A DNA stretch of 62,496 nucleotides, filler included, from Chiloscyllium plagiosum (Eukaryota): assembly GCF_004010195.1 (NCBI RefSeq). It is 3 parts of one record of this genome, joined end to end, with 100 filler letters (N's around TTAATTAATTAA, not from the genome) between each part and the next. Parts side by side here need not be neighbours in the genome. Positions count along the whole stretch, not along the records: positions 25,707 to 50,087 come from NC_057713.1; positions 50,188 to 62,496 come from NC_057713.1; 1 more part is not named here. One strand, written 5' to 3'. The notes under the pieces were generated by a model. It was not told where the DNA came from. It searched no databases and saw nothing but the letters and a program-made list of their open reading frames with translations. This document shows, in pieces, positions 39,007 to 51,300 of this stretch (positions are counted from its first letter, which is position 1; the number at the start of each line of letters is the position of its first letter). The position numbers and the translations under genes are program-made.

Positions 39007-42000
39007 CAGCTATGAAGAGAGACTAGAGAGGCTGGGGTTGTTTTCAATAGAACAGTGAAGCCTGAGGGGTCACCTGATTGAGACATACAAAGTCTGAGGA
39101 GCATATACATGGTAGGTAGGGAGAAACGTTTCTTGCTAGTAGAGGGATGAATAACCAAGAGATACAATTTTAAGGCAAGGAGCAGGGGGTTTAGAGGAAA
39201 TTTAAGAAAAACCATTTTCACCCAGAGAGTGTATGTATGTAGAACTCTCTGTTTGAAAGGGTGGTGGAAGCAAGAACCCTGAAGACCTTTAAGAAATATT
39301 TGGATGAGCACTTCAAATGCCAGAGCAAATAAGGTTATGGACCAAGTGCTGAAAATGGGATTAGAATAGTTGAACATCTAATGACTTGTGTAGACATGAT
39401 TACTAAAGGGCCCTATTTCCGAACTGTAAGAGCAATGGAACCACATTAGTCCTACTGAACTCAGCCTCACATGGTGTTGTGTGTATAGCCATGAGTCTGT
39501 TGAAATCAATTGTTCTAACCATGCTGCAAAGCTATTATATGGTTGCCTGTGGAGATTCTCTGGGTGTACTGGATTTACAGCAGAGCACTCAGTTAAACCT
39601 GTTAAAATTGTAAATGATAATCCCATCAAAGTACTGGAACTTACAAATATGGTAATCATACAGACAAGGCCTGAGAAAACCTCCAGGTGCAATGGAAGAT
39701 AAGGTTACAGGTGAAATGAGAAGCTTTGTTGATGGACAGGTAACAAATAAGAAAGAAGACGAGTTCAAATCCCTGCACCTTTTTGCTGATATTTCACTGA
39801 GTGAGGCATTTGATCTGTTTCACAGGGTGTTTGGCTGAAATTTTAAACATCTAATGACATAGGAAGTTAATTGCATTCCTCTGAGCTTCCTGCAATTGAT
39901 AATTAACATTCTTCTTGTGACTTGGCAGTTTTATCTAACATGGTGCACGCAAATCTGAATTACCTTAAACCATTACATTTCAACAACTGACAACATTTAT
40001 TACTAAGGTTTACTCACAAAGAATCTCTAATGATTTCAGGTGTCAGAGGGCCTTGTACTTGTAACTGTATCCCCCCAAAAAATTAGCATATAGAGGATAG
40101 AACTAAACTTGGGGGAAAACAAATAAACATTGAAACAAATAAAATTCTGTTCAATGAATCATCTGAACTAACTTTTTAAAATTCTTTCACATAATTTGGC
40201 CATCACTGGTGAGGCCTGCATTTGTTAACCATCTCTAATTGCTCTTGAGAAGATGATAAGCAGTTGTGGATTTTGAGTGACTGCCTTGGGGAGTTGGCAA
40301 GGAATTTGTCAAAATCAGCGTAACTACTAATTGAAAAAGATGGTTTGTAAGCTTGCATTGTCTAATGAATAAGGACAGCATTGATTATGAGGTAGTGAGA
40401 TCATGACTCTAGTTAATTAAATAGAAGATCCTATTGCACCTAGACAGCAAGTGTCTGTTTTGTCAGAGGATATGAGAATAGTGCTGAGAATGGACTTGAG
40501 ACTAGAGCACACTGCAATTTAAATGGGAGACAGAACGAGTAAAGGGATGATGGTCAATATCATACTTGGCACTTTTTTTGTAATAAGCTTAAAAGATTTC
40601 TTGAGGAAATTCTGTAGTTATGGTTTTATTGGTTTTTGGGTCTGTTATCAAAATTTTAAATTTTAGATTGGCCAGAAAAATGAAAGTGCACGGGATACAG
40701 GGCAATGTGGTGAGTTGGACCCAAAATTGGCTCAGTGACAAAAACATATGCACATACACATTAGGAGCAGCAATAGGTCATTAACCCTTTGAGCCTGTTC
40801 TATCAGCATTCAATAAGATCATGTCTGATGTCAGTATAATTTCAAATCTGCATTCCCATCTACTTCTGATAACATTTCATCCCTTTGCTTAATAAGATTT
40901 TATCCAACTCATTTTAAAAAGATTCAATGTCTCTGCTTCCAAACGCTTTTCAAGAACAGAGTTCCAAAATTCATGACATTCTGAGAGATTTGTAGAAATA
41001 TGTCAAGCAAATGCAAGCAGATGTCCCAAACCCTGGAACCGGATAGACACTTTTTGGACTCCGACTCCTTGTTAGAGAGAATAGTGTAACTCCCCCTTGC
41101 TGTGCTGTCCCGTTACCACTACGTTCCTTCTTACTGTCCCTTGAATGGTTTTCTGTACCACGGTTCCAGGGTCAGTTTGCGCATCCACTCTGCAGCCCTC
41201 ACTATCATTGAGACAAGCTGAAAGACCTCAAATCTACTGGCCAATTGCAAAAGCTTAGAATCCCAGACTCTACATCCCCTTACCTGCCTCACTCAGAGTC
41301 ATATTCTCTTGTCCCTGAACACTGACCAAATCAGACAATATAACCCTAAGAGGTGTGACTGCCTCCTGGTGCAAAGAATCCAGGTAACCTTCCCCTCTTT
41401 GATATATCAAAGTATCTGTAATTTTCCCTTCAGCAGATAAAGTCAGAGCTGAAGGTGCTCAAAATCAAACATTTGTGAAGATGTGTTTGCTTAGTATCTA
41501 GGAACCCCTTCACGTTTCAGCTGTGACACATCACTTATCCTATCATTTTCAATGTATTCTAAGGGACTACTTAATTATTGTATTCAACTTTGTATTTAAT
41601 TCAGGTTTTATATATTTTATTAATCATATCATGATTCACAATATTTTGAATCTTAGCATCAGAAAAAACCTTAATCACTTATCAGAGTAATCACCAATTA
41701 ACAGCCTCTTTTCCTATAGTCTGACTGTGTCAATTAGGATTGTACAGTATTCACAAGTTTAGGAGAATGAGAGGCAATCTCACAGAAACCTCTAAAAATC
41801 TAACAGGATGAGATAGGGTAGATGCAGGAACAATGTCCTTGATGACCAGGGGAGTCCAGATCAGGGGTCACAGTCCGTGCTGTACATCTCTATGACTCTA
41901 TAAGGGGTAAGCCATTTAGAACTGAGATGAAGAGAAAATCCTTCACCCAGAAAGTGGTGACACTGTGGAATTCTCTGCCTCTGGAAACTGTTCAGGCCGA

Positions 42001-42449
42001 AACATTGCAGAGAAGATTTACCAGGATGTTGCCTGGAATGGAGAATAGGTCGTACGAGGATAGGTTGAGAGTGCTAGGCCTTTTCTCGTTGGAACGGCGA
42101 AGGATGAGGGGTGACTTGATAGAGGTTTACAAGACGATCAGAGGAATAGATAGAGTAGACAGTCAGAAACTTTTTCCCCGGGTACAACAGAGTGTTACAA
42201 TGTTCGGCAAAACATCGTGGGCCAAAGGGCCTGTTCTGTGCTGTATTGTTCTGTGTTCTATTGAAGCTTTCAAGAAAGATGTAAGTGTTGGTATAGTTCT
42301 TAGGACTTGAAGGATCAAAAGTTATGGGAAAAAGCGTTGGATTATCACATTGATGGTGTAGCAAGTTTGAATGGCTGAACAGCCTACTCCTGGTCATATA
42401 TTCTATGTTTCTATTATGAAGAGAGAAGAAGGGTTCAGTGGAAAAGAAA

Positions 42450-45230
42450 TAACATGAGTTTGCAGCATGGATAGTTATCTGGGACTTTGATATTGTGCTA
42501 ATTTCTGAAGCATGGACAGAGCAAGGTCAGGAATGGATGTTGCAGGTTCCAGGGTTTAGATCTTTCATTAAGATCAGTGAAGGTGGTAAAAGAGGAGGAG
42601 GTGTGGCTTTGTTAGTCAAGGACAGTATAAGGTGTCTGAAAGATCTTTTGACGAGGACTTATCTACTAAGGTGTTAGAATTATAAGGTTAGAAACAGGAG
42701 AGGTGAGGTCACACTGCTGGGAGTTTTTTTACAGGCCTCCACAAAATTCCAGGGATGTGGAAGAGAGGATTGGCAAACCGATTCTGGGCAAGAGTGGAAG
42801 AAACAGGGTAGACATTATGGGAGACTTTAACTTCCCCAACATTGACTGGAAATGCTATAATTCTAGTATGTCGGATGGATCAGTTTTTGTCCAGTATGTG
42901 CAGGATGATTTCCTGACACAGTATGTCAAAGGGCCGACAAGAGGGGAGGCCACACTGGATCTGGTACTTGGCATGAACCAGGCCAGGTGTTTGATTTAGT
43001 GATAGGTGAGCACTTTGGAGAGAGTGACCATAATTATGTTTAGTTTAGCAATGGAAAGGGATAGGTACATGCTGCATGGCAAGAGTTATAGATGGGGGAA
43101 GGGCAATTATAATGCAATTAGGCAAGACTTAGGAGGCATTGAATGGGACAGCAAAATGCAGGGGATGGGAACAATCAAAATGTGGAACTGGTTTAAGAAA
43201 CAGATATTGCATGACTTTGATAGCTATGTCCCTATCAGGCAGGGAGGAAGTGATAAAGTAACGGAACTGTTGTTTACTAAAGAAATTGTATCTCTTGTTA
43301 AGCGGAAGAGGGAGGCTTATGTGACATTGAGGTGAGATGATTTAGATGAGGCGATGGAGAGTTACAGAGTAGCTAGGATGGATTTAAAGAGAGATAAGAG
43401 GAAGGAGGGGACATGAGCAGTCTCCAGCAGGTAGAATAATAGAGAACCCTAAAGCTTTATTTAGATATGTGAGGAATAAAAGGATGACTAGGGTAAGAAT
43501 TGGTCTGTCAAAGACAAAAGTACGAAGTTGTGTGTGGACCCTGTGGAGATTGGAGAGGTGCTAAATGAATATTTCTCATCTGTTTTCACTCGGGAAAAGG
43601 AGAATATTGTAGAGGAGAAGACTGAGATATGGGCTATTAAGACTTTAAAGGATTGAGGTTAGTAAGAAGGAGGTGTTATCAATTCTAGGAGGTGTGAAAG
43701 TAGATAAGTCCCCTGGGCCAGATGGGATTTTTCTGAGAATTCTCCGGGAAGCTAGGGAGGAGATGGTGGAGCCTTTGGCCTTGATCTTTGAGTCGTCATT
43801 GCCTACAGGTTTAGTACCAGAGGACTGGAGGATTGCAAATGTAGTGCCCTTGTTCAAGAGGGGCAGTAGAAGTGACCCAGGTAATTATAGACCAGTGAGC
43901 CTTACATCTGTTGTAGGAAATCTTTTGGAAAGGATTATGAGATAGGATTTATAATCATCTAGCAAGCAACAATTTGATTGGAAATAGTCAACATGGATTC
44001 GTTAAGGGCAGGTTGTGCCTCACACTGAGTTTTTTGAGAAGGTGACCAAGCATGTGGATGAGGGTAGGGCAGTTGATGTGGCGTACGTGGACTTCAGTAA
44101 AGCCTTTGATATGGTTCCACATGGAGAAAATGCAGAGGCATGAGATTGAAGGTGATTTAGCGGTTTGGATTAGAAACTGGCTTTCTGTAAGAAGGCAACA
44201 AGTGATGATTGATGGAAAATATTCAGCCTGGAGTCCAGTTACTAGTGGTGTGCCACAAGGATCTTTTTTGGGACCATTGCTGTTTGTTATTTTTATAAAC
44301 GTCTTGGACGCAGGCATAGATGGATGGGTTAGTAGGTTTGCAGATGATACTAAAGTCAGTCGAGTGGTGGACAGTGTGGAAGAATGTTGCAGGTTGCAAG
44401 GAGACTTGGAGAAACTGCAGAATTGGGCTGAAAGGTGGCAAATGGAGTTAAATGCAGATAAATGTGTGGTGATTCACTTTGGGAAGAATAAGAGGAAGGC
44501 AGAATACAGGGTCAATAGAAAGATTCATGGTAGTGTGGATGTGCAGAGGGAACTTAGTGTCCATGTATATGGAGCCCTGAAGGTTACCATCCAGGTTGAT
44601 AATGCTGTTAAGAAGGCATACAGTGTGTTAGGTTTTATTGGTAGAGGGATTGAATTCCAGAGCCGTGATGTCATGCTGCAACTGTACAAAATGCTAGTGC
44701 GGCCTTACTCTGAGTATTGTGTGCAGTTCTGGTCACCCCATTTCAGGAAGAATGTGGAAGCATTGGAAAAGGTGCAGAGGAGATTTACGAGGATGTTGCC
44801 TAGTCTGGAGCGAAGGTCTTATGAGGAAAGGCTGAGGGACTTAGGTCTATTCTCATTGGAGAGAAGAAGGCTAAGAGGGGATTTAATAGAGACATACAGG
44901 ATGATCAGAGAATTAGATAGGGTGGACATTGAGAGTCTTTTTCCTAGGATGATGATGTTTGCTTATATGAGGGGGCATAGCTGCAAATTGACGGATGGTA
45001 GATTTAAGACAGTTGTCAGAGGCAGGTTCTTTACTCAGAGAATGGTAAGAACATGGAATGCCCTGCCTGTCAATGTAGTTAACTCAGCCACATTAGGGGC
45101 ATTTAAACAGCTCTCGGATAAGCATATGCATGATGGGATGGTGTAGGGCGATGGACTTACATTAGTTCACAGGTCAGCACAACATCGAGGCCGAAGGGCA
45201 TGTTCTGCGTTATATTGTTCTATGTTCTAC
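42450..45230 (+). mobile_element. Near-complete CR1 ORF2 (endonuclease + RT), disrupted, with 3' tail
   Basis: Successive ORFs: ISEAW, GDFNFPNIDW, KSPGPDGI, NYRPVSLTSVVG, GVPQGSFLGP, FADDTK, YCVQFWSP; (gttctat)-type tail near 45220. Confidence 0.92.
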
Positions 45231-45389
45231 GAAAGCATACAGAAATAGACAAAGTTATAAATGTCATGTTCTGTTTTGAAGGAACAGAAACTTAGGGCAG
45301 AATGCTTCCCTCCCTGGTATGGTGTGTATAATGGTGAAAAAGCTGGAAAATATGGTGAGAATGAAAATAAACTCAGATTCTTGACATTG

Positions 45390-46575
45390 AAGAAAAACTT
45401 TTCCAACTTCTCCCCAAGGTGTAAATGGTGACTTCAGAAATCTCACAACTGAGCAGTGACTCCCTTATCCCCATATATTTGCATCTCATTAAAGGCCCAA
45501 TTCACCTTGTTTATGTGAGCAGTGGGACTCTCTGCCATTGCTGGCTTCCCCAAGGGAAGAATGCTACCAATCATTTCTATGTTTCTTTGAGAACGTTCTG
45601 TAACCAACTTGCAGTCATCATTAGCAGCAAAAGTACCCCCTCCATCAATGTTCAAATTACACATGTTTATCAATGTTAAATTGTGCAACTTGTGTCAGAT
45701 ATCCTATGTGCTGCCATAGTCTTTGTTTTGTTTGGATAGAATGAAACTCCAATGTTTGTTTCCTTAATATGCTATTGTATAATATAGATATTTTTATGAA
45801 TAAAGCATATTTTTGAAATTTAAAAAAACCTGTTACATTCCAGAGAACTCTCAGGTTCCTGTCTCCCACCAAGGTACTCAGGTCATATAGGGATGCCTGC
45901 TGAGAGGCAAAGGGAGGCGAACACCTTTATGATACTCAGACTAAACAGGATGGAGAAACAATGCTGGTCACACTTCCACCAGGGCCACAGTGCAACAGAC
46001 TGTAGATTCCCTAAAGATGAGGTTTTGATGCCTGGACCACTGCAGTGGGGCATTGTAGTATTGTCCATAAGGGTGCCCCACATCACTGTGGTATTTTGTG
46101 CTCTTCACACCCAGAATCCAACAAAGAGACGATATCCTGGGCAAACATGAAGTGGGAGGTCAGCAACAATCTTCTGAGGGTAAGAATGAACACGTAGATC
46201 AGGCCATTGAGCAGGACCCTTGGACAGCCATGTGGAATTTGCACATTCTCCCTGTGTGTGCCTGGGTTTCCTCTGAGCACTCTGGTCTCATCTCACAAAG
46301 ATGTGCAGATTAAGTACATTGCCCACGCTAAATTGCCCATAATGTCCAGGCATGTGCAGGCTAAGTGGATAGCCATGGGAAATGCAGGGTTACAGGGTTA
46401 GGGGTGGGTGGGGGGTCTGGATGGGCTGCTCTTCAGAGGGTTGGTGTCAACTTGATGGGTCAAATGGCCTGCTTCTATACTATAGGGATTCTGTGAAGAT
46501 AGCATGACAGAGCAATGTATTGCCAATCTGAGAGGCCAGAGATAACCTCAGTGAATCTCGCTTCCAGGATGAATG
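45390..46575 (+). pseudogene. Fossil PIF/Harbinger (HARBI1-like DDE) transposase
   Basis: Collinear decayed motifs across frameshifts: AIAGFP; NATNHFYVSLRT...KSTPSINVQ (cf. GAIDCTHV...KGFHSINVQ); RYPMCCHS (cf. RYPGSCHDS); HTSTRATVQQTVDSLKMRF*CLDHCSGAL*Y; ITVVFCALH; EARDNLSESRF. Confidence 0.7.
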
Positions 46576-49500
46576 AGGTGTATTGGAACTATGTTTAATT
46601 GCTTAACATTCTATTGGTAATATGGCAAACAGCTTTTATATAGAGCAAAGGACATGTGGACCTTGTTATTTTTGCCTTTCACATTGCTGAATAAATGCCT
46701 CATTATCCATCTGACTGTATTCTTAATCTCTTTGGGTTTTAACACTTTTAAATATCTACACACAATAAGACCATAAGATGTAGGAGCAAAGTTATGTATA
46801 AATGTCCTACTAACCATTAGAGAAGAAGTAGCAGACAGTGAGACAATGAATGAACATCGCAAGGTATTAGGGTTAGATAGTTCTTCAGCCTGCATTTAGT
46901 TCATGAAACTTGCGTGCTGTGTAGTAAAGATTCTCAAAGCAGCCAGCAGGTTAAGAGGAATCCTGAATAATCTGTGACAGGCAGCACTTTCATAGAATCA
47001 TACAGTATGGAAGAGGTCCTTTGGCCCATCAAGAACCACCAAAAATACACTAAATCTACACTAGTCAGACTTTCCTGCACTTGGCCCATAGCATTGAATG
47101 TTCTGACACTTCAAGAGCTCATGCACACACTTTTCAAAGGTTGTGAGGTTACCTGCTTCAACTACGCACCCCCCTCACCCAAGGCACTGCATTCCAGACT
47201 TTATCTTACTCTAGTTAAAAAGGATTTCTTCAAGTTCCCTTTAAATCTCATGCCTTTCACCTTAAAATTATGCCCCCCACTCCATTACTGACCCTTCAAC
47301 TAAGGGGGAAGTCACTTTTTTGTTCACCCTGTCCACGCACCTCATAATTTTCTAACTTCCCCCTCAACCTTCTCTGTTCCAATTTTAAAAAGCCTGAGCA
47401 CAGTGTTATGTGGTTTTTGCCCACAGCACAGTGCACTATTAGGTGCAATGGAAATGTGAGCTGTGCATTGTACATCTCCCTGCCTTGAATGGCAATGTGT
47501 TCCCTTCAAAAGTTGATTCATAAAGTATACCTTTCCTTGCAGAGATGTGTGGAAACATCACTGACTCCATTCTCTCATTCACGTTTGACTATGAATGGAA
47601 TTTCATGTGCATGTCAGGCTTGAGCATAATCCCAGCAAACCATGTTCAGCATCAGTGTTATTTACATTATTCGCAAAACACCTTGTCAACAGACATCAAC
47701 AACATAGTTCAATGAGTCCTGAGATGCATGAGACAATGATTAGCCATTACTTCTTTCATCCTTGGGATGTTCACCTCTGACATGCGTATGACTTAGCCAG
47801 GTCTGACAGTGTAAACTATACTACAGAAGAATGAATAGCAGTGAAAATGACCATATATTTACAAGTGGAATATATGATGTGACACCAAAGCCACCTAATA
47901 TACTCTCATTAAGTTTTCTTCTTCCTTTTCCTCCCACTCTGTTTAAGTGCAGTCCTGCGTTCTGCAGCTGGGCTGGAGGGACCCTGCTCTGTGATCGGCC
48001 CTGTTATCTTGGATAATATTGGAAGCAATTTCTTTGCTGAGAGTTTCTTGCCCTGATGTAGGTCACTCTCCTTGGCTTGCTGCAAGCTTCGGCATCACAA
48101 GGACAGGGTTGGTATATTGTTAGGCAGAAAGTACCTAATGGGTGCTTTAAGGTCTGATCAATATGATTTCAAGTGCACTTTAGTACAAATCTCCTTATTA
48201 TATATTAAAGAAATAGGCAACTAGTGAATGTATCTATTAGATTAAACTGCATAATTATATATAGATACGTAAGCCTCACACTGACATCTATCTGTTGGGG
48301 ACTTCAGTGATGGTGGCACTCAGAACTCTATCTCAGATTTTAGGGCACTGGTCTTGCAAACCCCAGCACAATAGTGAAAAGTCTGAAGAGTGGGGCAAAG
48401 TCCCTGATATTAATACTATTCTGAGTCTTAGATTACCTGCTGAATTGCAATTTCATAATATCTTCAGTACTTTTCCAAACATTCCATTGTGAATATGAAA
48501 GATTTCCATGTTATTCTGTGTTAACTACATAAAAGATTGGTTCCCATAGACAATCAAGGTTATGCAATTCTCTCTCAACCAAAACAGGCATGTTTTCATT
48601 ATAACAGGCCTATTTTAATGTATTTTTCCACTTTGCTTCAACTGTTCATTATTGACTAGATTGTGCTCCTGAATTTAATCTATAAAGTCTAGTCTTTAAC
48701 CAAGGTGCATGTCTCTGAGCTGGTGGAGGATGCAGTTGAAAGAGTGTTCTGAATGTTATAGCTCAAGCATCATGGTATGAGGGATTATTCACAGCTTGCA
48801 ATGTTTGAAGTAGTGACAGTTTGGTCTTCAATATGGCACCATAGCCATCTATGCCAGAATGTCCTTGCAGTGGCACTTGTGACTCTCCAGCTGCAAAATT
48901 CCCTGAGAACAACAGCCAAGAGCCAGTTACACAATTAATAAGGGGAGAGAAGAATACATAAGAAAAGTTAGTCCAGGCCACAGTAGACTGTGTAGCAAAT
49001 CTCACTTGACAAAACAGTCTAAAACTGGGAAACCCTCCCTTATAGTTGAACTGTCACTGAAAATGATAAGACATCTTCCATTTTGAGAGACTTTTATTGT
49101 GCTTTTGTTTAAAGTCATTTATTGAAGAGTTTGATTCATTGTTTTGATTGGACTGTATCATCATGTGTGTAGACCTAAAATCTGGTTTTTGATGTTGATA
49201 GTGTATTTGTTGCTTATTCTGCTAATATTGGTGAAATCCCAGGGGATCAAAGGGCTGCTCTCTCATTAGAGAGAGACAACTGGTGGTGGTTTAACCTGAG
49301 GGTCACTATGCCTCAGGCAAGGGGAGAGATTGAGAAGGCAGGGCCTTCATGGTGACCTCAGCCAATATGGGAATTGAAGTCATGTTGTTGACATCACTCT
49401 ACATTGCAAACCAACTGTCTGAGCTAACTAAAGCTCCTTTTTAGAATCCCTACTGTGTGGAAACAGGCCCTTTGGCCCAACAAGTCCAAACCAACCCTCC

Positions 49501-49659
49501 AAAGATATCCCACAGAAGAATATCTCCTCTATTTATGTACATGCTGGCAGGTGAATTTTTTGTGAAAAACTTGAGTCATGATTTGGTTGTGAACTAGTTT
49601 AAACTGTATGTTCTTCAGGTTTGGGAATAGATTATAACACAGATAGTTGGTACTTGAAT

Positions 49660-50390
49660 CCTCTGCTCCAATCCTGACTCACCCTCACAACGCGCAGCCC
49701 TCCAATCCCTCTGCTCCAATCCTGACCTCACCATCAAGCCAGCGGACAAAGGGGGCGCAGTGGTAGTCTGGCGCACTGACCTCTACATCGCTGAAGCCAA
49801 ACGCCAACTCGAGGACACCTCTTCCTACCGCCCCCTTGACCATGACCCCACCCCCCATCACCAAACCATCATCTCCCAGACCATACAGAACATCATCACC
49901 TCAGGAGATCTCCCACCCACAACTTCCAACCTCATAGTCCGGGAACCCCACACTGCCCGGTTCTACCTCCTTCCCAAGATCCACAAGCCTGACCACCCTG
50001 GCCGACCCATTGTCTCAGCATGCTCCTGCCCCACTGAACTCATCTCTACCTACCTCAACACTGTCCTATCCCCCCTAGTCCAGAAACNNNNNNNNNNNNN
50101 NNNNNNNNNNNNNNNNNNNNNNNNNNNNNNNTTAATTAATTAANNNNNNNNNNNNNNNNNNNNNNNNNNNNNNNNNNNNNNNNNNNNACCTCCTTCCACC
50201 TATCACATTTCCGACGCCCCTCCCCCAAGTCCCTCCTCCCTACCTTTTATCTTAGCCTGCTGGACAAACTTTCCTCATTCCTGAAGAAGGGCTTATACCC
50301 GAAACGTCGATCCTCCTGTTCCCTGGATGCTGCCTGACCTCCTGCGCTTTTCCATCTCTGATCTCCACCTGCAGACCTCACTTTCTCCTC
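49660..50390 (+). mobile_element. Young Penelope-like element (RT, gap, 3' end with hammerhead)
   Basis: Open frame LTIKPADKGGAVVVWRTDLYIAEAKRQL...ARFYLLPKIHKPDHPGRPIVS, typical PLE RT and CpG-retaining. After the gap comes the family-1 3' end with the hammerhead motif at 50281-50308. Confidence 0.85.
50088..50187. other. Assembly gap with artificial linker
   Basis: 44 N + TTAATTAATTAA + 44 N, identical in format to the first gap. Confidence 0.97.
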
Positions 50391-50499
50391 CGAACTATTA
50401 CCTTCCCAAGTTTCTGATTTATTGCTGGACTTCTCCCACCTTTATAACTTTTTTTTCGCCCCAAGAATTTGTTCTGAAGACTCTGTACCTCAGATAGTG

Positions 50500-51300
50500 C
50501 AGCCAGCGGGGACACGGACAAGTTCTGGAAATTTCTGACCGGCGGATCTCCCGCGCTTCCCCTCCGCACGCGGAGCCCTGACCGGTGACGCGCACGCGCA
50601 GCGATGCACAAGACACCGGCTCAGCGCATGCCCAGTTCAACACCTTTCCCTCGACTGTGACGCGCAGCGATGCACAAGACACCGGCTCAGCGCATGCCCA
50701 GTCCAACACCTCTTCCACGACTCCGGAGGGAGCCGTGACTGTGACGCGCGCGCGCGCAGGGAGCCTGAGGTCACCGATTCGGCGCACGCGCAGTCCAACA
50801 CCCCCTTCCCCGATTCCGGCGGGGTCGAGAGCCGGGACCGTTGACGCGCACGCGCAGCGAGGTTGAGGGCACCGTTTCGGCGCACGCGCGGTCGAATCCC
50901 CCCCCGCCCCCCCTTCCCCCTCCTCGACTCCGGAGGGAAGTGTCGGACAGGCCGAGGCTGTGGGCAGGGAGAAGGCGCCTCTGCTCCTGAGGCCCGCCGA
51001 GGCCACCCCTGGCAGACAGCGGGAGAGCAGCAGAGGCCTGTCCCCCCCCCCCCTCCCCCGGACCGCAGAGCAGCCGGCCAAGGGGGTAGTGGAGCCGCCC
51101 TCACCCTCACCCTCACGCCCCAAGCCCAGCCCCAGGCCCAGGCCCAGGCCCAGCCCCCAGCCCCCAGCCCCCAGCCCCAGCCCCATTTACTGGGGGGGCC
51201 GCTCTGGAAAGGCGGGGTGAAGCAGGAAGGCCCGCAGAGATGGGACTGTCGAGCTGGTCCTGGGCAAGCCTCTCGAATCCGGGCACGAGGTGACTGCAGT
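50500..51300 (+). promoter_or_regulatory. CpG island, probable CHPF2 promoter and non-coding first exon
   Basis: Abrupt GC- and CpG-rich segment in otherwise CpG-poor DNA, about 1.2 kb upstream of the CHPF2 ATG exon. NRF1-like sites GCGCACGCGC at 50590, 50782, 50846, 50880 and GCGCATGCCC at 50624, 50690. Candidate donor GAG|gtgact at 51290. Confidence 0.8.
51098..51185. repeat. C-rich short-unit repeats (ccctca)n/(cccagg)n/(cccccag)n
   Basis: Read directly from the sequence; the minus strand has a long series of G3-G5 runs. Confidence 0.85.

Noticed and set aside
44052..45146. 364-aa ORF as a host gene
   Set aside because: It is the CR1 reverse transcriptase C-terminus of a frameshifted element.
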